This document shows positions 20,945 through 30,574 of a stretch of 64,000 bases of DNA, in pieces. The notes beneath the pieces were generated by a model. It worked only from the letters and a program-made list of their open reading frames with translations. It was not told the DNA's origin and ran no database searches. Every line of letters starts with the position of its first letter. Position 1 is the first letter of the stretch. Source of the stretch: Ranitomeya imitator (lineage: Eukaryota); the NCBI RefSeq assembly GCF_032444005.1, contig NC_091287.1:460102001-460166000 (forward strand), in the 5' to 3' direction. The position numbers and the translations under genes were made by a program.

Positions 20945-23500
20945 TTCCTATTATCATCGTGTGTAGCAAGTCCTTAACAATTCTGACCTCATGGGTCTCA
21001 GCCCCACAGTTTGTTTTTATGGACACTCTGGCAATGTTGTAGTCTTTGGTGTCCCATTGGATACACGAGACGCCTATGTTGTTCCCTAGGATCAACTGAT
21101 GCGGGAGCGTGGCCCTTTTCAGTGTAACCAAACTCCTTGAGCCCAATAGTCATGACACCAGCACTCCATTTATCACGGGACATGACTACATCCCCTCTCT
21201 GGGCTGATAGTCCACACTGCAAGCAGGATAAGCTTGTATGCTGGCAAAAGTAACAAGAATAACAGCACTTACCTGATCTTTCTTTCAAGATGTGGTTTTA
21301 ATCCATAAAATTAGTTACTTTGATATTTGCGGAGGTGCAAGTATCAGGGAAGTTTTTCATGAAAAATTAGACATGCTGAACTACGGCAGTTTCACGCTTT
21401 GTTGGCGCTTCTTCTGGGGTACCACAGGGCTCTTTCCTGGGCCCTGTATTGTTCATCATCTTTATCAATGATTTAGATGAAGGAATTGAGGGTAAGCTGA
21501 TTAAATTTGCTGATGACACAAAGCTAGGAGGGGTAGCTAATACTAGAGAAGAAAGAGAGAGGATTCAAAAAAGATATAAATAAACTAGACAGTGGGCAGC
21601 AACTAACAGAATGATTTTTAACAGGGAAAAATGCAAAGTACTCCATCTAGGCAATAAAAATGAAAAAGCATATACAGAATGGGAAGAATGGGGCTAAGCA
21701 ACAGCACATGTGAAAATGACTTAGGTATACTAATAGATCACAAACTGAACATGAGTCAACAGTGTGATGCAGCAGCAAAAAGGGCAAATACAATTCTGGG
21801 ATGTATTAAAAGAAGCATACAGTCTAGATCACGTGAAGTCATTATTGCCCTCTACTCCTCTTTGGTCAGACCTCATCTGGAATACTGTGTCCATTTTTGG
21901 GCACCAAATTTTAATAAACACATCAACAAAATGGAGCAAGTTCAGAGAAGAGCGACCAGAATGGTGACTGGTCTGCAAACCATGTCCTATGAGGAACGTT
22001 TCCAGGATTTGGGAATGTTTAGCTTGCAAAAAAGAAGACTGAGAGGAGACTTAATAGCTGTCTACAAATATCTCAAGGGCTGTCACATTGTAGAAGGATC
22101 ATCTTTATTCTCATTTTCACAAGGAAAGACTAGAAGCAATGGGATAAAACTGAATGGGAGGAGACACAGATTAGATATTAGAAAAAACTTTTTGACAGTA
22201 AGGGTGAGTGGAACAGGCTGCCACTCCAATGAGTGGAGCAGGCTGCCACAAGAGGTGGTGACTTCTCCTTCAATGGAAGTCTTCAAACAGAGGCTGGACA
22301 GACACTTGTCTGTGATGATTTAGTGAATCCTGCTTTGAGCAGGGGGTTGGACCAGATGACCCAGGAGGTCCCTTCCAACTCTATATGTTAGCGCTATATA
22401 AAAATAAAGAGTATTATTATTATTATTCTATGATTCCATGATTCTATGGGTCCATGGACCCATAGACCTGCCTAGGCTGCAATCCATCTCTTCAGAGGAC
22501 AAAGTACAATGGGCAGCTATATTTCCCAGACTGTGCCATCTCCAGCAGAGCAAGTCTTTACCAACAGCTCTTAGCAACAACTTGGGATCTAGGATTTCCC
22601 CCAGTGATAGCTCTACTACCCTGCTTTTGAGACTTTGGCTCCTGCTGAGTAACCCAGTATTGAGATGCACCACCCCCAGCTTCCTTAAGGACTGTTCAAC
22701 TACCTGGTACCTTTCTACAAGGCCTACCAGGTCATCTGCATTCCGGGGGTCTCCCTGGGTAACTCAGGTCTGCAGTGGCCCAGGGAGAGAGTGAATAAAT
22801 CTGTCCATGACAACCCACATGACCATCTGGGCAGGAGTGGAGGACTCTGCCTGCAACCATTTCTGCACCAGATGCAGTAAGTCAAACATCTGAGAGCGAG
22901 GGGGTTTGCCATCATAATACGCACAGTGATGAACCCTTTTGGCTCTGACCAACATTGTCACCCCTGAGTGTGCCAATATTTCAGTTTTTAATTTGACATA
23001 TTCCTGTGAATCCTGTATGGCCAAGTCATATTAAGCCTTGTGGGGTTCGCCAGTCAAATAGGGGGTCAGCTCCTCCACCCACTGCATGGGGGCAGCTTCG
23101 CCTGCTCTGCAACCCGCTTTAACACAGTCAAAAATGCCTCTACATCATCACTCAGCATAATTTTCTGCATTGCTTGTCTTACTGCCTTCTGGATATATGT
23201 ATCATCACCTGCACCTGGACTTGTGAAATGGGCTTCTGGTCTTCCACGAACTGCCTCCACAAGCAACTCCAGTTGCTGCTGCTGTTATCGGAACTGGTCC
23301 TGTTGGTGCTTCTGTTGCTGTTGGAGTTGCTGCTGATACTGCTGCTGCATCTGATTGATCAGCAGTTTACTTATCTCCTGATGTACCAGCTGTTGCTGCT
23401 GCTGTGCTTTCACCAGATGCTTAATCAGGTCCTCCATACTGCCTGGCTTTGTTTCCTGGCTTGTAGCCGCCTTTACCCAAGACATGCAGTTTGTCCACCG
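20945..23500 (-). mobile_element. Gmr1-like Gypsy remnant (Gag with SCAN-like domain + retropepsin), interrupted by CR1
   Basis: QKIMLSDDVEAFLTVLKRVAEQAKLP (23066-23266); LKTEILAHSG...KPPRSQMFDLLHLVQKWLQAE...VVMDRFIHSLP (22764-23024, SCAN-like); SRSLVTL...CIQWDTKDY...HTMIIGR (20945-21146, protease-like). Confidence 0.8.
21395..22447 (+). mobile_element. CR1 LINE 3' fragment (RT C-terminus + 3' UTR + ATTCTATG tail)
   Basis: [37 protein letters not shown]; ORF 21679-22323 with LVRPHLEYCVHFWAP; tail ATTCTATGATTCCATGATTCTATG. Confidence 0.95.
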
Positions 23501-23608
23501 CAGCTACTCGTGTTACCAGAACGTTGCCCGCATTCAAAACACCACTTGTGGTAGTTCAGCTCACTCAACGGTACATGGAGGTAGAAAATAGGAACACTGT
23601 CTCTTTAA

Positions 23609-23770
23609 AGGGACTCTGTCATCTGAATTTGGAGGGAACAATCTTCAGCCATAGGGGCGGGGTTTTCGGGTGTTTGATTCACCCTTTCCTTACCCGCTGG
23701 CTGCATGCCGGCTGCAATATTGGATTGAAGTTCATTCTCTGTCCTCCATAGTACACGCCTGCGCAAGGCA
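23609..23770 (+). mobile_element. Kolobok/T2-type MITE left fragment
   Basis: TTAA|AGGGACTCTGTCA terminus, same style as TTAA|AGGGAACCTGTCA at 5193 and 46103. Confidence 0.55.
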
Positions 23771-23778
23771 AGATTGTA

Positions 23779-25726
23779 CTACGGAGAACCATCACCGGCG
23801 CTGTGTGCTGTGAATGCCTGAATCAAACGGTTAACAAGAGTTGATTGTTTGGTTACTAATATTTGTTCCAGGTTCTCATGTGGCATAATATTTTGCAATT
23901 TGCCATTATAGCGAGGATCAAGGAGGCAGGCCAACCAGTAATCGTCATCGGTCATCATTTTAATAATGCATGGGTCCCTTTTGAGGATACGTAAGGCATA
24001 ATCTGCCATGTGGGCCAAAGTTCCAGTTGTCAAATCTGCGGTTGTGCTGGGTTGAGGGGCAGTTACAGGCAAATCTACGTCACTTGTGTCCCTCAAAAAA
24101 CCAGAACCCGGCCCTGCCACGCCACCAATTTCCATTGGCCCCGGAGAAGTTTCCTCATTAAAAAAATACTCATCCCCATCATCCTCCTCCTCCTGTTCGC
24201 CCGCTACCTCGTCCTGTACACTGCCCTGACCAGACAATAGCTGACTGTCATCAAGGCTTTCCTCTTCCTCTGCTGCAGACGCCTGCTCCTTTATGTGCGT
24301 CAAACTTTGCATCAGCAGACGCATTAGGGGGATGCTCATGCTTATTATGGGGTTGTCTGCACTAACCAGCCATGTGCATTCCTCAAAACACTGAAGGACT
24401 TGACACATTTCTTGTACCTTCGACCACTGCACACCTGACAACTCCATGTCTGCCATCCAACTGCCTGCCCGTGTATGTGTATCCTCCCACAAATACATAA
24501 CAGCATGCCTCTGTTCGCACAGTCTCTGAAGCATGTGCAGTGTTGAGTTCCACCTTGTTGCAACGTCGATGATTAGGCGATGCTGGGGAAGGTTCAAAGA
24601 CCGCTGATAGTTCTGCATACGCCTGGAGTGTACAGGCGAACGGCGGATATGAGAGCAAAGTCTGCGCACTTTGAGGAGCAGGTCGGATAACCCCAGATAA
24701 CTTTTCAGGAAGCACTGCACCACCAGGTTTAAGGTGTAAGCCAGGCAAGGAATGTGTTTCAATTGGGAAAGGGCTATGGCAGCCATGAAATTCCTTCCAT
24801 TATCACTCACTACCTTGCCTGCCTCAAGATGTACAGTGCCCAGCCATGACTGCGTTTCTTTCTGCAAGAATTCGGACAGAACTTCCGCGGTGTGTCTGTT
24901 GTCGCCCAAACACTTCATTGCCAATACAGCCTGCTGACGCTTGCCAGTAGCTGCCCCATAATGTGACACCTGGTGTGCAACAGTGGCAGCTGCGGATGGA
25001 GTGGTTGTGCGACTGCGGTCTGTGGACGAGCTCTCGCTTCTGCAGGAGGACGAGGAGGAGGAGGAGGGGGGGCGAACGGCTGCAGCCAATTGTTTCCTAG
25101 ACCATGGGCTAGGCAGAACTGTCCCAATATTGCTGTCCCCTGTGGACCCTGCATCCACCACATTCACCCAGTGTGCCGTGATGGACACGTAACGTCCCTG
25201 GCCATGCCTACTGGTCCATGCATCTGTTGTCAGGTGCACCTTTGTACTCACAGATTGCCTGAGTGCATGGACGATGTAGGGCATCATCTCTAACGAGATT
25301 AGTCTAGCAATGTGGGCGTTCAAACCCTGTGTACGCGGATGCGAGGATGAGTACTTCCTTTTTCTAACGAGAGTCTCATGTAGGGTGAGCTGGACTGGAG
25401 AGCTGGAGATCGTGGAACTAGAGGGGGTGCTGTTGGACATGGCAGACAGAGACGGTTGGAGACGGTATTCTTGCCGGTGCCCTACATGCAGTGTTTCCTA
25501 CTACGAAACTGGTGATTTCCTGACCCTGACTGCTTTGGCCTGGCAACGAAACCTGCACAGATACGGCAGGTGGTGCGGGGAAATGGTGGGCTTACAGTGA
25601 CGGAAGGGATGTAGCGTTGCTGACTAGCTTCATTGGCCGAGGGTGCTACAACCTTAAGGGACGTTTGGTAGTTAGTCCAGGCTTGCAAATGCATGGTGGT
25701 TAAATGTCTATGCATGCATGTTGTAT
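23779..25726 (-). pseudogene. TIR-less hAT transposase fragment, close relative of the 33328-36897 ORF
   Basis: ORFs 23779-25440 and 25482-25742 are co-linear with the intact transposase from MHRHLTTMH to AHSA; in-frame 42-codon deletion (EMMPY|IVHAL) and small frameshifting indels; no termini nearby. Confidence 0.9.
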
Positions 25727-26400
25727 AGGAAAAATCAAGCACTCAGCATAAAAAGAAATCCCATAAAACCAATCAAAGCAAGGATATAGTTATAAAAAAT
25801 TGCTTTATTAATTAAATAAAATTTAGACTATACCATACAATAGCGAAACAATGCATATATATAAAAAAAATGTATATAAAATGTATATTAGTATATATAA
25901 TAGTGCCTGTAGTTAAACTGGTGTCCATTTATGTAAATCTTGTGTCAATCATATCATACCATATGGCCCATAAAAACACAAAAAAAGGGGGTAAAAATCG
26001 CAACTACTAAAAAACAAATGTGTCAAGTAAAAGCAGAAATCTGCAAAAAATGAGAGTGTAAATATCACTCAATATAAATGTGCAAACAGTGCATACATGT
26101 GCAGCAAGATGATACCGCATTAGCGGCGACAGACAATAAAGTGAATGAGCCAATAGGAAATATAATGGGACACTTACTAATGGTATGTAACTCCAATTCT
26201 AGGGACTACCAGTCACTGTCCAGGGCACCCCGACGCGCGTTTCGGACGCACGATCCTTCGTCAGGGGGTGCGTCCGAAACGCGCGTCGGGGTGCCCTGGA
26301 CAGTGACTGGTAGTCCCTAGAATTGGAGTTACATACCATTAGTAAGTGTCCCCTTATATTTCCTATTGGCTCATTCACTTTATTGTCTGTCGCCGCTAAT
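25727..26400 (-). mobile_element. Penelope-like pLTR fragment with an inverted duplication and canonical hammerhead
   Basis: AT-rich pLTR-like tract containing AATAAA on the minus strand; ~135-bp inverted arms 26118-26251 and 26268-26400; hammerhead at the apex. Confidence 0.7.
26227..26269 (-). ncRNA. Canonical type I hammerhead ribozyme
   Basis: Reverse complement reads ACCCC-CTGACGA-A GGA TCGTGCG TCC-GAAA-CGCGC-GTC-GGGGT: 5-bp helix I, full CUGANGA/GAAA core, GUC cleavage triplet, palindromic CGCGCG helix III. Confidence 0.85.
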
Positions 26401-26401
26401 A

Positions 26402-26795
26402 CGCTGCTCCATAAGATGCTCCATAGTATATGCCCCGTATCAGGTGGTGTAAGTAACAAATAGCTGTGGCATGAAGTGCCTCATGCCACAGCAATTTGTT
26501 ACTTGCGCCACCTGATTCCTTTCCGCCGCCATTTTCTTGGTCCTGCTGCCGGAATCGGCGCCTGCGCAGTCTGCGCTTTCTGGTGCCATTTTCTTTAAGA
26601 CACACTGCAGTGTGTCTTCAAGAAAATGGCGCCGGAAGCGATTCCACCAGCAGGAGGACCAAGAAAATGGCGGCGGAAAGGAATCAGGTGGCGCAAGTAA
26701 CAAATTGCTGTGGCATGAGGCACTTCATGCCACAGCTATTTGTTACTTACGCCACCTGATACGGGGCATATACTATGGAGCATCTTATGGAGCAG
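26402..26795. repeat. ~390-bp near-perfect palindrome with nested hairpins (foldback/MITE-like)
   Basis: GCTGCTCCATAAGATGCTCCATAG... / ...CTATGGAGCATCTTATGGAGCAGC; centre GACACACTGCAGTGTGTC (~26599-26616); each arm contains its own ~80-bp hairpin. Confidence 0.9.
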
Positions 26796-26809
26796 CGTAT
26801 GGGGCATAT

Positions 26810-27605
26810 GGATGGGAGCAGCAAATTAAAGAACGGTGCTGCAGGATGGGAGCAGCACATGACAGAACGGGGGCGCAGGATGGAAGCAGCACATGACAGA
26901 ACGGGGGTGCAGGATGGCAGCAGCGCATGACAGAACGGGGACACAGGATGGGAGCAGCACATGACAGAATGGGAGCAGCAAATGACAGAACGGGGGCGCA
27001 GGATGGGAGCAGCACATAACAGAACGGGGACGCAGGATGGGAGCAGCACATGACAGAACGGGGGCGCAGGATGGGAGCAGCACATGACAGGATGGGAGCA
27101 GCACATGACAGAACGGGGGTGCAGGATGGCAGCAGCGCATGACAGAACGGGGGCGCAGGATGGGAGCAGCACATGACAGGATGGGAGCAGCAAATGACAG
27201 AACGGGGGCGCAGGATGGGAGCAGCACATGACAGAACGGGGGCGCAGGATGGGAGCAGCACATGACAGAACGGGGGCGCAGGATGGGAGCAGCACATGAC
27301 AGGATGGGAGCAGCAAATGACAGAATGGAGGTGCAGGATGGGAGCAGCACATGACAGAACGGGTGCGCAGGATGGGAGCAGCATATGACAGAACGGGGGC
27401 GCAGGATGGGAGCAGCACATGACAGAACGGGGGCGCAGGATGGGAGCAGCACATGACAGGATGGGAGCAGCAAATGACAGAATGGAGGCGCAGGATGGGA
27501 GCAGCACATGACAGAACGGGGGCGCAGGATGGGAGCAGCACATGACAGAACGGGGGCGCAGGATGGGAGCAGCACATGACAGGATGGGGACGCAGGATGG
27601 AGCAG
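26810..27605 (+). repeat. GC-rich minisatellite (~34-bp unit GGATGGGAGCAGCACATGACAGAACGGGGGCGCA with a ~21-bp variant), continued at 45242-45370
   Basis: Direct inspection; the last unit already shows the GGATGGGGACGCAGGATGGAGCAG variant that dominates the 45242-45370 block. Confidence 0.95.
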
Positions 27606-27609
27606 AGAA

Positions 27610-28797
27610 GCGGAGAATTCGAAGGCTAGCACTCGACTGATATGAATGTGACGGTGCTAGTGAACGGAACCAGTAGTCCCAATGAACGTATCGATATATA
27701 ATCACTGCACTCGTACTCTGAAGTTTGCTTTGATGCAGGTGAAAAAGTTTATTGAAACAATTGTGGCAAAAAGGTAAAATGGTGTAGCGATAGGCATAAA
27801 CGACGTTTCGGCCAGCTCGTGGCCTTGATCACGCTATTGCTGGAACAAATAATAGAAAAAGACAATAAATAACTATATACAATGCAATAAATGACTATCT
27901 ACAAGATTATTTACATATATACAGATCTGGAAAACATGTCAAAACCAATGTAAAAGTCAACCCAAGTTGCCAATGCTTGTACACAGGGCGCATATAATAT
28001 CAGGACGATAAATAGAGGCATAGGGAGGCAAGGAGATACATATATCGTGCGTAAGAGTAAGATAATAGGATAGTAGCATACCCCGGTGGGAGATTCCTTA
28101 TGTATGGCTGTACTGCAGTGTTGCTGAGGGTGTCAGCCAAAAATAAAGGGGCCTGGAGAGAATGATGGAGAGCCAAATGAAAAAAGGATTACTATCAACT
28201 GACCATGGTACTGTCTTATAGTAAGGAGCACGAAGAAATATGCTACAACGTACTTCTAATTTGCCAATAATACCCGTATGATGAACCGTTGGTCGTCGTG
28301 TAGTGGAATACACATGTGGAAATAGCTGTAGGGACATACGGTAATACGTTATCTGTTGAGTCCTTAATAGGTAAATAGTGAGTGAGACAGATTACAGTAT
28401 ACTTGCCAGTATATTGTTCTTACTACAGCCAGCGTAGCAGGCCAGTCGTCGTGATACGAGACGTACGTGCAGATATGGCTAGAGAAATACATAGATATGG
28501 GAGTAAATTTGTCTGTTTAGTCCATATCAGGTGGAGTACCGCGGAGCCATGCTATACTTGCCAGTATGATAAACCTGTAATACACTGGATGTCCCCAATA
28601 TGTGGAAAGGGTACATAGAAGTAACTGCGGAAATAGATATTGAGGGTAAGTGGGTTATAGGGGCGGCTCGTGGTATGAGATTATATAGTAGGTGTACTAC
28701 CTGCCGGTATGTATGTCCAGTCCCGGTCCAACAATACGGGTCCCCAGTTTCAATTTGAATGGGAGATGTGGTGCTTACCAATTCAGCTGTAATATAG
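27610..28797 (-). repeat. 3' pLTR copy (direct repeat of 44057-45242)
   Basis: About 1.19 kb near-identical; roughly 7 differences seen by eye (e.g. CCCAATGAAC vs CCCGATGAAC, GGCCTTGATC vs GGCTTGATC). Confidence 0.95.
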
Positions 28798-30574
28798 TAG
28801 GGGAGCTATTAGAATAGAGTACTCAGAGTCCCATATTACTTATCTGTAGGATGAAGGTAGAAATCTCACATCAGCGGTCCGTTGGTGGCGTTCGTGGTAG
28901 AGGAGGGGCCGGCGTTGGTAGCCAGGTGATAGGAGCAGACACAAACTGTGTCCTTGCTGAGGAATGGCTGCCATGTCTGGACAGGCAGCGCTATATAAGG
29001 CTATCGCCGGTCAGGTGACCGGATGCGGGCCGGGATGTCCACGTCTGCATAATACATGGAGGAGAAGGGGAAGGAGGTCCCGTGGAGCCGGAGCGTGTGC
29101 TGTTACCATGGTATTATGGAGGAGGAAGTCGGCGTCTGTGCGGCAGAGACCGCAATATGGCGCTCGCGCATGGGCAATAGGCTCGAGCGGCTGGGTAGGA
29201 ACTCCAAGATGGCGCCCGCGCATGCGCAATGCATGCTGGGGGCTAAAGCGGTGCTGGGACAGTAAGATGGCGCCCGTGCATGCGCAATGCCGATTGTGGG
29301 CTAGAACGTCAGTGTCCAGATATCTGGAGCTGGCGTATGCAGAGGAGACCACCGGGGGATTTGGCCAGAGGAAAAGAGGGGTTGGGGAGGAAAAAAGAAG
29401 CAATCGGTGTGCTTCAAGGACCCATATAAGGCATTGATAATACTAGGTGTGCAAACTTACGATAACACTGCAGATACATGATATAAATACAGATGCATAT
29501 ACATATAAATGGTAGGAGTCCAAACTTGAAAAAAAAGAAAATAGGGAAAAAATAAAGAAAATAAAGAAAAGAAATAAAGAAAATGAAAAAAGAAAAAAGA
29601 AAAACATAAAGGCTATGGGGATGACCAATGAATGAGGCTAAAGTTTGATAAATAAATGATATAAAAATAAAAAACAGGGATAATTCTAAAACTAGGATAG
29701 GGGTAAAAAGTAAAATAAACTAGTAAAAATGGGCAGGACAAATAAATGTTGGTGAAGGAATCGGGGGGTATGAATCTTACCGTCTAGATAGTGCACACGG
29801 TAGAGGCTATTAGTAGGGTTGAGCGAAACGGGTCGTTCATTTTCAAAAGTCGCCGACTTTTGGCAAAGTCGGGTTTCATGAAACCCGATCCGACCCCTGT
29901 GCGGGGTCGGCCATGCGGTACGCGACTTTCGCGCCAAAGTCGCGTTTCAATGACGCGAAAAGCGCCATTTCTCAGCCAATGAAGGTAAACGCAGAGTGTG
30001 GGCAGCGTGATGACATAGGTCCTGGTCCCCACCATCTTAGAGAAGGGCATTGCAGTGATTGGCTTGCTGTCCGCGGCGTCACAGGGGCTATAAAGGGGCG
30101 TTCCCGCCGACCGCCATGTTACTGCTGCTGATCTGAGCTTAGGGAGAGGTTGCTGCCGCTTCGTCAGAAGCAGGGATAGCGTTAGGCAGGGTCCATTAAC
30201 CACCAAACCGCTTGTGCTGTAGCGATTTCCACTGCCCAACACCACCTTCGGTGTGCAGGGATAGTGGAAGCTACATTTTTTTTTTTTCCTCAGCGCTGTA
30301 GCTCATTGGGCTGCCCTAGAAGGCTCCCTGATAGCTGCATTGCTGTGTGTACGCCGCTGTGCAAACCAACTGCTTTTTTCAAAGCACAAATCCTCTTGTT
30401 CCTTCCTTTCTGCACAGCTATCTTGTTTGTTTGTCCACACTTTTTATTTAATTTGTGCATCAGTCCACTCCTTATTGCTGCCTGCCATACCTGGCTGAGA
30501 TTACTGCAGGGAGATAGTAATTGAAGGACAGTTCCTTTTTTTTTTTTGTGGGAGATTAAGATTGGCATTTCTGC

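Noticed and set aside
26747-27705. 270-306-aa Cys/Pro-rich ORFs resembling keratin-associated proteins
   Set aside because: All three minus frames are open only because the minisatellite unit lacks stops.
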